From NCBI GenBank assembly GCA_963764715.1, contig CAVXTP010000017.1, positions 128,001 to 192,000 of the forward strand: a DNA stretch of 64,000 nt. The letters are read 5' to 3'. Made by a program: the position numbers and the translations under genes. Origin of the DNA: an uncultured Acidobacteriota bacterium (GTDB lineage: Bacteria > Acidobacteriota > Thermoanaerobaculia > UBA5066 > Gp7-AA6). The notes below the pieces were generated by a model that was given only the letters and a program-made list of their open reading frames with translations, made no database searches and was not told the DNA's origin. Below are positions 9,333 to 17,907 of the stretch, piece after piece (position 1 is the first letter of the stretch; the number at the start of each line of letters is the position of its first letter).

Positions 9333-9819
9333 ACGGCACGAGGCCCGTCCCGGCCCCTTCCTCGCTCGCGCCCTCCGAGGACTTCCGCCGCGGCCGGCAG
9401 GACCGGCAGATCCCGCGCATCTGGTGCGTATGGGAGAGCAGCACGAACCCGTGACGCTCGGCGACCTCGTCCTGGAGCTGCTCGATGCGCTCCTCGAAGA
9501 ACTCGATGACGCGTCCGCAGTGGTCGCAGATCAGGTGGTCGTGGTGGTCGCCGGCCCGCAGCCGCTCGTAGCGATACCCCGCCTCTCCGATGCGCAGGCG
9601 CCCGACGATGCCGGCGTCGACCATGAGCTCGAGCGTCCGGTAGATGGTGGCGCGGGAGATCTTCTTGTGCTTGGCGCGCAGCCGCACGAGGAGCTCGTCC
9701 GCCTCGACGTGCTCATGCCGGCTGAAGAGCTCGTCGAACAGGGCCTGGCGCTCGTGCGTGAGCTTGAGCCCCCGCCGTTCCAGGTACTTGCGAAAAATCT
9801 GCAGCTCGCGCTTTTCCAT
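9310..9819 (-). CDS. fur: Fur family transcriptional regulator
   Basis: LTHERQALF, ISRATIYRTL HTH, HHDHLICDHCG, CRSC; divergent from FTR1. Confidence 0.92.
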   Translation of the reverse strand: MEKRELQIFRKYLERRGLKLTHERQALFDELFSRHEHVEADELLVRLRAKHKKISRATIYRTLELMVDAGIVGRLRIGEAGYRYERLRAGDHHDHLICDHCGRVIEFFEERIEQLQDEVAERHGFVLLSHTHQMRGICRSCRPRRKSSEGASEEGAGTGLVPFTSRPRG

Positions 9820-9821
9820 GG

Positions 9822-9842
9822 GATTGCGACTCTGTCTCAATT
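9822..9842. promoter_or_regulatory. Putative Fur-type operator between fur and FTR1
   Basis: GATTGCGACTCTGTCTCAATT palindrome; near-copy at 11591-11611. Confidence 0.62.
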
Positions 9843-9902
9843 GCGGTACTCTCCCGCTTCCAGGCCGACAAGTCAAGCCATTCAGCGAAGGGAAACGAGG
9901 CC

Positions 9903-10694
9903 ATGTGGCAGGGATTCACGATCGCGCTCCGGGAGGGCATCGAGGCGTTTCTGATCGTCGCGCTGACCCTCTCCTATCTGGCCCGGACCCGGCGGCCCGC
10001 CCTGGCGCGGGCCGTGTACGCCGGGATCGCCGCCTCGGTCGTCACGTGCGCCCTCGCCGGGTGGTTCTTCTCGCGGGCCGTCAACCAGCCCCTCTGGGAG
10101 GGGATCCTCGCGCTCGCCGCGGCGGCCCTCGTCGGCAGCCTTCTCGTCTACATGAAGCGCGTGGCCTCGCGGCTGAAGTCGGACATCGAGAGCCGGATCG
10201 AGGCGAGCGCCAGCGCGGTCGACCCCGCGCGCGCGTTCTGGGGAGTCTTCGCGTTCACCGTCCTGATGATCACGCGGGAAGGCATGGAGACCGCCCTCCT
10301 GATCGCCACGGCCCTCTTCCAGATGAAGTCCTCCGCCGTCTTCCTGGGCCTCGCGCTCGGGCTGATTTCGGCCGCGGCGATCGGCGCCCTCTGGACGCGC
10401 CTGGGGAAGGGCGTCGACCTGAAGACGCTCCTGAACGTCTCGGCGGTCTTCCTGGCGATCTTCCTCGCGCAGCTCGTCCTCTACGGGATCCACGAGCTCT
10501 CCGAGGCCCGGCTCTTCCCCGCCTCGCAGGCGATCCACGACGCCACCGAGATCCTGGGTCCGGACGGGAAGATCGGCCGGCTTCTCGCCTACGCCCTCGC
10601 CGCGATTCCGACGGTCTGGCTGGGCGGAATGTGGTGGAAGCGCTGGCGCACGCGGGGGGCCGCTCCGGCGGCGCCGCGCACGAACGCGGCCTGA
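9903..10694 (+). CDS. FTR1/EfeU family iron permease
   Basis: Two RExxE motifs (REGIE, REGME), GIHELSEA, about 7 TM. Confidence 0.92.
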   Translation: MWQGFTIALREGIEAFLIVALTLSYLARTRRPALARAVYAGIAASVVTCALAGWFFSRAVNQPLWEGILALAAAALVGSLLVYMKRVASRLKSDIESRIEASASAVDPARAFWGVFAFTVLMITREGMETALLIATALFQMKSSAVFLGLALGLISAAAIGALWTRLGKGVDLKTLLNVSAVFLAIFLAQLVLYGIHELSEARLFPASQAIHDATEILGPDGKIGRLLAYALAAIPTVWLGGMWWKRWRTRGAAPAAPRTNAA

Positions 10695-10698
10695 GCGC

Positions 10699-11481
10699 TC
10701 AGCGCGCCGGCGCGGTCGGGCTCGGCTGATAACGGACGCCCGGGGTCACGGCGGCGCCCGACTGGATCATCGCCTCGATCACGCGCGGCGGAATTCCGTC
10801 CGCCCGCAGCTGCTGGATCTCGGCGGTCGTCAGCGCGTAGCGCCGGTTCTCCGCGCGCACCGCCTCGAGGAGCGCGTCGTCCGAGGCGCCGGCCTGCTTC
10901 ATCCGCACGATGGCCGCGTACGGTTTCTCGCCGGCGGCCGGGGTCCCGAACCACGGCTGGTCCGGCACGATGTTCGCGGGCCGGGGGGGCGTGACCACGG
11001 GCGTCGGCGTGACGGGAACGATCTTGCGCAGAAAGCCGGCCGGATGCCCGCCGCCCGACCCGCAGCCGGCCTTCGCGTCGGCGGAATGCGTGAAGTGGAT
11101 GACGTCGCGGCCCCCCGGAACGTCGACGTACTCGCCGACGAGCTCGACCCGGTCGCCCGGGACCAGGACGAGACCGTCCCCGCCACACGAGAGGTCGTGC
11201 ACCACCCTGATTCTCCCCATCATGTCCACGGGAGTGTTGCGGTCGGCGCCGGCGGGTTGCTCGGCGGCCACGAAGTACGCGTCGAGCGTGACCTCGAATT
11301 CCAGGAACTTCCGGCCGTTCTTGTGAACCGTCTTCCGCGGCGCGGTCTCGACCCGGGCCTTCGCGGTGATCTCGACGTGCGGGCTCTTGGACGACGGGGT
11401 CTTCCCCGGACGGGCCGCTCCGGCCGCCGCCACGAGAACGGCCGCCCCGAGTCCGATCGCCCGCGCCGCGCGTCGAAGCAC
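10699..11481 (-). CDS. Secreted hypothetical protein with DUF3465-like OB-fold
   Basis: Signal peptide; GDRVELVGEY..VIHFTH; C-terminal helical domain; GTG 6 nt after CATAAT. Confidence 0.65.
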   Translation of the reverse strand: MLRRAARAIGLGAAVLVAAAGAARPGKTPSSKSPHVEITAKARVETAPRKTVHKNGRKFLEFEVTLDAYFVAAEQPAGADRNTPVDMMGRIRVVHDLSCGGDGLVLVPGDRVELVGEYVDVPGGRDVIHFTHSADAKAGCGSGGGHPAGFLRKIVPVTPTPVVTPPRPANIVPDQPWFGTPAAGEKPYAAIVRMKQAGASDDALLEAVRAENRRYALTTAEIQQLRADGIPPRVIEAMIQSGAAVTPGVRYQPSPTAPAR

Positions 11482-11590
11482 GCGGGCATTATGGGTCAGC
11501 CGCTCCCGCGGATCCCCGCCCGGGCCCCCGGAAAGGCCGGTGCGCTCTCCTCTTGACGGACCGCGCCCGGGCGCACTATCCTTCCGACGC

Positions 11591-11611
11591 GACTGAGACT
11601 GAATCTCAATC
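11591..11611. promoter_or_regulatory. Putative Fur-type operator upstream of apbE operon
   Basis: GACTGAGACTGAATCTCAATC palindrome just downstream of TTGACG-N18-TATCCT. Confidence 0.65.
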
Positions 11612-11644
11612 CAAACGGACGATGGACGAGGAACGACGACGACG

Positions 11645-12670
11645 ATGCTGCCGCTCCTGACGCTCGCCGCCGCCCTGGCGGCCCCCGCCCGGCCCGTCCT
11701 CGTCGAACGGAGGGTGTCGTCCATGGGCACCGTCCTCGCGTTGACGGTCGCCGCGCCGACGCGCGACGGGGGACTCGACGCCTCCGAGCGGGCGATCCGG
11801 GAGATCCAGCGCGTCGAGGACCTCCTGACGACCTGGCGGGACAGCCCGCTCTCCCGGCTCGACGCGGCCCCGGTCGGGGCCGAGGCCCCGCTCGACGAGG
11901 AGCTCGCCGGCCTTCTCGCGACGACCTTCGCGTGGTCGGCCCGCACGGGCCGCGCCTTCGATCCGACCGTGATGCCGATCGTCCGCGCCTGGGACCTGCG
12001 CGGCGCGGGGCGGATTCCGTCTCCGGAAGAGCTCGCCGCGGCGCACGCCGCGACGGGAACCGGGCGCTTCCGCTTCGCGGCCGACGGACGGTCCGTGGCC
12101 CGGCTCGACCCGCGCGCGGGGATCGAGGAAGGCGCGTGGGGCAAGGGCTATGCGCTCGATCGCGCCGCGGAAAGGCTCGGCGGCGACGCCGGAGCGCTGA
12201 TCGACCTGGGAGGCCAGGTGCTCGCGCGCGGGCAGGACGATGCCGGCCGCGACTGGTCCGTCGCGATCGCCGACCCGCGGCGCCGCGACCGGCCGGTCCT
12301 CGCGCTGCGCCTTTCGAACGCCTCGGCCTCGACCTCGGGTGATTCGGAACGCCGCCGCGTCGTCGCCGGGCGCCGCATCGGCCATGTGCTCGACCCGCGC
12401 ACCGGCGAGCCCGCCGAGGATTTCGGGTCCGTGACCGTGATTGCTCCCTCGGCCCTCGACGCCGACATCCTTTCGACCGCGTTCTTCGTGCTCGGTCCCG
12501 ACGCGGGCCTCGCGCTCTCGGACCGCCTGCGGCTCGAGGGAGTTCCCAACGAAGCCCTCTATCTCGTGGTCCGCGGCGACGCGCTCGAAGCGCGGTCCAG
12601 CCCCGGAGTCTCCCGATTCTTGATCTCGGTCGACACGACGGTCGTGCACGGCCTTTCGACGGAGAGGTGA
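11645..12670 (+). CDS. apbE: FAD:protein FMN transferase (flavinyl transferase)
   Basis: MGT, AFDPTV, GKGYALD, DLGGQ, STSGDSER, GHVLDPRTG, ADILSTAFFVLG. Confidence 0.93.
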   Translation: MLPLLTLAAALAAPARPVLVERRVSSMGTVLALTVAAPTRDGGLDASERAIREIQRVEDLLTTWRDSPLSRLDAAPVGAEAPLDEELAGLLATTFAWSARTGRAFDPTVMPIVRAWDLRGAGRIPSPEELAAAHAATGTGRFRFAADGRSVARLDPRAGIEEGAWGKGYALDRAAERLGGDAGALIDLGGQVLARGQDDAGRDWSVAIADPRRRDRPVLALRLSNASASTSGDSERRRVVAGRRIGHVLDPRTGEPAEDFGSVTVIAPSALDADILSTAFFVLGPDAGLALSDRLRLEGVPNEALYLVVRGDALEARSSPGVSRFLISVDTTVVHGLSTER

Positions 12671-12684
12671 GGAGGATTCTTCCC

Positions 12685-14187
12685 ATGCATCGAGTCTCGA
12701 GAAGCGTCGTCGCCGCCATCCTCGCCCTCTCAGGCGCGCTCGCCGCGACGGCGCAGACCCCGACCCCCTCCCCCACCCCGGCGCCGGCCGCTCCCCTCTC
12801 GCCCGAGGAGCGGATCGAGCGCCTCGAGAAGCTCCTCGCCGAAACGCGCTCGGAGCTCGCCGAGGTCAAGGCGGCCTCCACCGGCGCCGCGACCGACGCG
12901 AAGCTCGCCGAGATCGAGCGCAAGGTCGACATCCTCGCCCAGGAGATCGAAGCGATGAAGCTCGGCGAGGCGGCGGCCTCGGGAGCTCCGCCGGCCGCTC
13001 CGGGCGAGGCTCCCGCCGTGGCCGCCGCGGCCGCGCCGCCCTCGCCCCGCACCGAAAAGCAGTCCCTCGACCGCTTCGGCCTCGGCCTCTCCGCGTCCAA
13101 GATCTACGGAATCAAGCGCGGCGTTTCGATCGGCGGCTACGGCGAGGCGCTCTACCAGAACTTCTCGAGCACGAACCAGAGCGACGAGCCCTCGGACGCC
13201 GAGGACCAGATCACGCTCCTGCGGGCCGTCGTCTACCTCGGCTACAAGTTCAACGAGCACTTCGTCCTGAACTCGGAGATCGAGTACGAGAACGCCGTCG
13301 TCGCGTCCGACAAGGGCGGCGAGGCCTCGGTCGAGTTCGCCTACCTCGACTACATGCACTCGCGCGAGCTCAACGCCCGCGCCGGCCTCGTTCTTCTCCC
13401 GGTCGGCCTCGTCAACGAGCTCCACGAGCCGACGGCGTTCCTCGGCGCCCTGCGGCCGGGCGTCGACGATGTGATCATCCCGACGACGTGGCGCGAGCTC
13501 GGCGGCGGCCTGTACGGCGAGCTCGGCCCCTTCGCCTACCGCGCGTATGCCGTCAACGGGCTCAACGCCGCCGGCTTCACCCCCGACGAGGGCATCCGCG
13601 AAGGCCGTTCGGAGGGCTCGGAGGCGCCGGCGACGAACTTCGCCGTGACGGCCCGCCTCGACTTCACCGCGGTTCCGGGGCTTCTCGTCGGCGCCTCGGT
13701 CTTCTCGGGCGACTCGGGCCAGGGACAGTTCACCCCCTCGGGGCAGAAGATCAGCGGCCTGACGACGCTCTGGGACGCGCATGCGGACTGGCGCTGGCGC
13801 GGGCTGTGGCTGCGCGGCGTCTACGCCCGGACGACGATCGCCCAGGCGAACCTCATCAACCAGCTCAACGATCTCGTCGGCGAGGAGTCGATCGGCAGCG
13901 TGCAGGAGGGCTGGTATCTGCAGGGCGCCTTCGACCTCTTCTCGCTCGAGGCGGGCGGGTCGCGCGCGGCGCTCATGCCGTTCGTGCGCTACGAGCAATA
14001 CGACACGCAGGCCGAGGTCCCGCTCGGCTACGCCCGGAACCCCGAAAACGATCGCACCGATCTGACGCTCGGCCTCGCCTACAAGCCGATCGACCAGATC
14101 ATCTTCAAGGCGGACTGGCAGCAGCGGCAGAATGCGGCCCGGACCGGAGTCAACCAGTGGAACATGTCGCTCGGATACATCTTCTAG
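12685..14187 (+). CDS. Outer-membrane porin (OprO/P-like) with N-terminal coiled coil
   Basis: Signal peptide, coiled coil, IGGYGE, EIEYE, HEPT, IIPTTWRE, terminal ...LGYIF beta-signal. Confidence 0.82.
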   Translation: MHRVSRSVVAAILALSGALAATAQTPTPSPTPAPAAPLSPEERIERLEKLLAETRSELAEVKAASTGAATDAKLAEIERKVDILAQEIEAMKLGEAAASGAPPAAPGEAPAVAAAAAPPSPRTEKQSLDRFGLGLSASKIYGIKRGVSIGGYGEALYQNFSSTNQSDEPSDAEDQITLLRAVVYLGYKFNEHFVLNSEIEYENAVVASDKGGEASVEFAYLDYMHSRELNARAGLVLLPVGLVNELHEPTAFLGALRPGVDDVIIPTTWRELGGGLYGELGPFAYRAYAVNGLNAAGFTPDEGIREGRSEGSEAPATNFAVTARLDFTAVPGLLVGASVFSGDSGQGQFTPSGQKISGLTTLWDAHADWRWRGLWLRGVYARTTIAQANLINQLNDLVGEESIGSVQEGWYLQGAFDLFSLEAGGSRAALMPFVRYEQYDTQAEVPLGYARNPENDRTDLTLGLAYKPIDQIIFKADWQQRQNAARTGVNQWNMSLGYIF

Positions 14188-14189
14188 GG

Positions 14190-14751
14190 ATGAACGTCCG
14201 GCGGCGGGCGCTCGCCTTCGCGGCGGGCGCCCTGCTCGCCTCGTCGCTCGAGGCGAAGGTCTTCCTCACCCGGGAGGAGGCCCTCCGGCTGGCGTTTCCG
14301 GGCGCCGAGGTCACGCGCTCGACGGCCTACCTGACCGACGCGCAGCGGCGCGAGGCGCAGAGCGCTTTCGCGCGACCCCGAGCTCCCGGCGGCGCTCGCC
14401 GCGTACTACACGGCGGTCAAGGACGGCCGCACGGTCGGCACCGCGTACTTCGACGCGCACCTCGTCCGCACCCTGCCCGAGACGATCATGGTCGTCGTCG
14501 ATCCGCGGGGAGCGATCGCGCGGATCGAGGTCCTGTCCTTCGACGAGCCCGAGGATTACCTGCCGCGGGCCGGCTGGTACGCTCAGTTCATCGGCAAACC
14601 CCTGAACGACGAGATGTCCCTGACGCGCGGCCTCCGCCCCGTCGCCGGGGCGACGCTGACGGCGCGCGCGACGACCGACGCGGCCCGCCGCGTCCTCGCG
14701 CTCCATCGCGTCCTGCATCCGCCGCCGCCCGCCGCCTCGCCGACGCCATGA
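14190..14751 (+). CDS. FMN-binding (flavinylated) exported protein; one +1 frameshift near 14361
   Basis: Signal peptide + KVFLTREEAL in one frame continues ALSRDPELP..VRTLPETIMVVVD..VAGATLT in the next; length 3n+1; GAT flavinylation motif. Confidence 0.82.
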
Positions 14752-15185
14752 AACGCTGGGAAGCCTGGTGGAACCACGCGGCGCTCGCCGCAGTCTCGCT
14801 GACGGGGCTCGTCTACGGCATCGCCCGCTATTTCCTCCACAACCCGGACCCCGATTCGCGCCTCGGCCATCCGTGGCAGCCCGGACTGATGAAGGCGCAC
14901 ATCCTGGTGGCGCCGCTCGCCGTCTTCGGCATCGGCCTGCTGCTTCGCCGCCACGCCCTGGCGCGCATCCGCAACGGCGAATCGAACGGGCGCCGGACGG
15001 GAGCCGCGATGCTCTGGCTCGCGCTCCCGCTGGCGCTCTCGGGGTACCTCGTGCAGGTCTTCGTCAGCCAGTCCGCGACGCGGCTGACGGGCTGGTCGCA
15101 CGCCGGCCTCGGCGCGGTCTTCCTTCTCGCGTACGCCTTCCATCCCAAGCGCCGCGCCCCGTCGGACGCCGGCACGGACGAGTGA
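14748..15185 (+). CDS. Small 4-TM His-rich membrane protein (cytochrome b/DUF4405-like)
   Basis: ATGA overlap; His in or next to helices (KAHIL, RRHA, WSHAG, AFHP). Confidence 0.72.
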   Translation: MKRWEAWWNHAALAAVSLTGLVYGIARYFLHNPDPDSRLGHPWQPGLMKAHILVAPLAVFGIGLLLRRHALARIRNGESNGRRTGAAMLWLALPLALSGYLVQVFVSQSATRLTGWSHAGLGAVFLLAYAFHPKRRAPSDAGTDE

Positions 15186-15197
15186 GGCGCCGCCGCC

Positions 15198-16121
15198 TCA
15201 GAAGACGTACGTCAGGCCGGCCGTGTACGCGGGCTTGATGTCCTGGATGCCGTTCAGGTCCTCCCAAACCGGAAACTGGGCGGCCGCGCGGGCGACCAGG
15301 CCCTTGACGACGTTCACGCCAACGCGCGGCGTGATGTACAGGCTCCGGCCTCCGGTGTCCGGATCGGGCACGCCGAGAGCGTCGACCTGGTCCCGCTCCG
15401 CGTCGAGGAAGTTGACCTCCACGACGCCGTCGAGCCAGTCGGTCAGCTTGCGGTCGTAGACGAAGTTGACCTGGACGTTGTCGCCGTACTTGTAGCCGAA
15501 ATCGTTGCGCCCGGTCCCGGTGTACGCGGCGGAGAGATACAGCGACGACAGCTCGTCGACGAGATAGAGCCCCGCGAGGCCGCCGGAGAGGTTGGTCGCG
15601 CCCGTCCCCGGCTGCACGTGCTCGTCCAGTCGCACGCCCTCCTCCGAGACGTCGTTCTTGCCCCACGGCGTCTTGACCGAGAAGACCGCCGAGATCCAGG
15701 CGCGCCGCCCGAGGGGCGACTGGAACGGCGAGGACCAGAGGCGAAAGTAGGCGAAAAAGACCGGGTCGCCGAGGCCGTCGGCGGTCTCGACCTCGTCGCC
15801 TTCCGTCAGGTGATTCCACATCACGGGGACCTGGGCGACGACGGTGAAGCGCTCGCGAAACCCGTAGGAGAGCGTCGCGATCATGGAGTTGCGGACCTGC
15901 TCCTCGAGGTCCGGGCCTTCACCCTGGCTCTGGTTCAGCCGGCTCCAGTCGAGGGCGATCTGGAAGCCGCCGTAGCTGTAGAGCCCCTCGCCGAGCGCGC
16001 TGAAGACGGGATCGCTGCAACGGCACATCGAGCAGGCTCCGGCCGAGGAGGGCACGAGAGCGAGGCCGAGAATCGTGAGACTGAACGCCGCCGCCAGGCG
16101 GAGATTGCCGCGATGCATCAA
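15198..16121 (-). CDS. Outer-membrane beta-barrel (MetA-phenol/SphA-like) with N-terminal CxxCxC
   Basis: Signal peptide then CSMCRCSD; GLGD, QPGTG motifs; terminal YVF. Confidence 0.78.
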   Translation of the reverse strand: MMHRGNLRLAAAFSLTILGLALVPSSAGACSMCRCSDPVFSALGEGLYSYGGFQIALDWSRLNQSQGEGPDLEEQVRNSMIATLSYGFRERFTVVAQVPVMWNHLTEGDEVETADGLGDPVFFAYFRLWSSPFQSPLGRRAWISAVFSVKTPWGKNDVSEEGVRLDEHVQPGTGATNLSGGLAGLYLVDELSSLYLSAAYTGTGRNDFGYKYGDNVQVNFVYDRKLTDWLDGVVEVNFLDAERDQVDALGVPDPDTGGRSLYITPRVGVNVVKGLVARAAAQFPVWEDLNGIQDIKPAYTAGLTYVF

Positions 16122-16172
16122 CGACTCCTTCCTGCTCCGGCGCGCGCGCCGGAGAAACCGGGATTCCGGGGG

Positions 16173-16526
16173 TCAGGAAAGGAGTTTGGGGACCGGGTCC
16201 GGCCGTTCCGAAAGAACGCGCAGGACGAAGCCGGCCGTCATCAAGGCGAGAAATCCCGAGAGCGGCAACGGGGCCGGTCCGGAGGGAAGCGCGGGCGCGA
16301 CGGCCCGCATCGCGGAAGACGGCAGGAACCAGCCGCCGGGAGACGGGCAGCGCCGCAGGGACTCGCCGCCGCCCGACGCGCAGCAGCACGCCATCCCGGT
16401 TCCGTGCTCGCAGGCCATCGCGCAGGCTTGACCCGCCGCCACCGTCGTCGACGGCAGCGCGAGGCTCGCGGGAATCGCGAGCGCGGATAGAAAGAGGATG
16501 CCTCCGAGTCTCCGCACGGGGCGCAT
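16173..16526 (-). CDS. Cys-rich secreted leader-type ORF (DUF2946/CutF-like architecture)
   Basis: Signal peptide, CAMAC..CCC..C, Pro-rich C-terminus RPDPVPKLLS; start may be GTG at 16517. Confidence 0.6.
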   Translation of the reverse strand: MRPVRRLGGILFLSALAIPASLALPSTTVAAGQACAMACEHGTGMACCCASGGGESLRRCPSPGGWFLPSSAMRAVAPALPSGPAPLPLSGFLALMTAGFVLRVLSERPDPVPKLLS

Positions 16527-16571
16527 TGTATAGGCCCGACCGATACGATGTCCCCCCACAAAGGAGGTCCC

Positions 16572-17327
16572 ATGGTGACCCTGATCAAGAGGATCGGACA
16601 CGTCTTGGCCTCGACGGCGATCGCGCTGCTGAGCACGGGCGTCATGGGCGCTCAACAGCCGCGGCCCAACGCCCTGCCCACCACGCGCGAGGTCCCGAGC
16701 GGTTTTGGCGTCAACTCCTACACGGTCACGACGGTCTCGGCGATGTCCTTTTACCCGGGGACCAATCTCGCCTATGGCACGTCCGGCAGCCTCGGCCGCT
16801 ACACGAACACCAACACCCTGGTCGACTACTACGTCGGCCTCGATCTCCCTCCCGGCGTCATCATCGATTACATCGGCCTCAACAGCACGACCGACACCCC
16901 CTTCATCCTCGGAGTCGAGCTGTTGCGCCGGAACAAGTTCGGAAGCCTCTCGGTCATCGGAAACATCGACAGCCAGGTCCACGACTGGGACACGGACATC
17001 AATGCGGCCCCGATCGGCTACCTGTGGCACGGTGACCCCGGCGAGGCGCTGGTCCTCCACGTGCAGAACGGCTCCAGCCCGAATTTCCAGTTCTTCGCCT
17101 GGGCCGAAGTGTGGTGGAAGCGCTCGGTCAGCCCCGCGCCGTTGGCACCGACCTTCAACGACGTTTCGACCGGCCATCCGTTCTACCAGTTCATCGAGGC
17201 GCTCGCCGCCTCCGGTATCACCGGCGGGTGCGGCAACGGCAACTACTGTCCGGACAACCCGGTCACTCGAGCCCAGATGGCCGTGTTCCTGGCGAAGGCC
17301 CTCGGCCTGCACTGGGGTGCGGACTAG
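16572..17327 (+). CDS. S-layer homology (SLH) domain secreted protein
   Basis: SD AAAGGAGG; signal peptide; FNDV..GITGGCGNGNYCPDNPVTRAQMAVFL. Confidence 0.87.
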   Translation: MVTLIKRIGHVLASTAIALLSTGVMGAQQPRPNALPTTREVPSGFGVNSYTVTTVSAMSFYPGTNLAYGTSGSLGRYTNTNTLVDYYVGLDLPPGVIIDYIGLNSTTDTPFILGVELLRRNKFGSLSVIGNIDSQVHDWDTDINAAPIGYLWHGDPGEALVLHVQNGSSPNFQFFAWAEVWWKRSVSPAPLAPTFNDVSTGHPFYQFIEALAASGITGGCGNGNYCPDNPVTRAQMAVFLAKALGLHWGAD

Positions 17328-17339
17328 GGAGCTTCTTCT

Positions 17340-17903
17340 CTACGCCCGGCTGTCCCAGAGAACGTCGGCGACGCCGCGCCGCCGGTTCTCGTGGCGCGCC
17401 ATGACGAAGAGGGCGTCGGAGAGACGGTTCAGGTACCGGACCGTGTGCGCGCCCACGGGCTCCTTGCGCGAGAGCGCGATCACGAGACGCTCCGCGCGGC
17501 GGCAGACGGTGCGCGCGACATGGAGCTCGGCCGCCGACGGGCAGCCGCCCGGGAGCACGAAGTTCTCGAGCGGCGGAAGCTCCTCCGAGAGGCGGTCCAT
17601 CAGCGCCTCGAGCGCCTGGACGTGCCGGCCCTCGATCTTCGGCGCCGGGCGCCGGGCCTTGTCCTCCTCGAGGAGGCACAGGTCCGAGCCGAGGTGAAAG
17701 AGCTCGTTCTGGATCGTCGCGAGGGCCGCGCCGACCGTTTCGTTGACGCCCGCGGCGACGGCGACTCCGATGTGGCTGTTGAGCTCGTCGACCGTGCCGT
17801 AGGCCGCGATGCGAATCGAGTCCTTCGGGACCCGCTGGCCGCCGCCGAGCGCCGTCGTGCCGTCGTCGCCCGTGCGCGTGTAGACCTTCGTGATGCGCGG
17901 CAT
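17340..17903 (-). CDS. pduO: ATP:cob(I)alamin adenosyltransferase, PduO type
   Basis: [40 protein letters not shown]. Confidence 0.95.
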   Translation of the reverse strand: MPRITKVYTRTGDDGTTALGGGQRVPKDSIRIAAYGTVDELNSHIGVAVAAGVNETVGAALATIQNELFHLGSDLCLLEEDKARRPAPKIEGRHVQALEALMDRLSEELPPLENFVLPGGCPSAAELHVARTVCRRAERLVIALSRKEPVGAHTVRYLNRLSDALFVMARHENRRRGVADVLWDSRA

Positions 17904-17907
17904 CGAG

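Noticed and set aside
14340-14380. Programmed ribosomal frameshift in the FMN-binding gene
   Set aside because: No slippery heptamer or stimulator; same +1 pattern in unrelated genes points to sequencing error.
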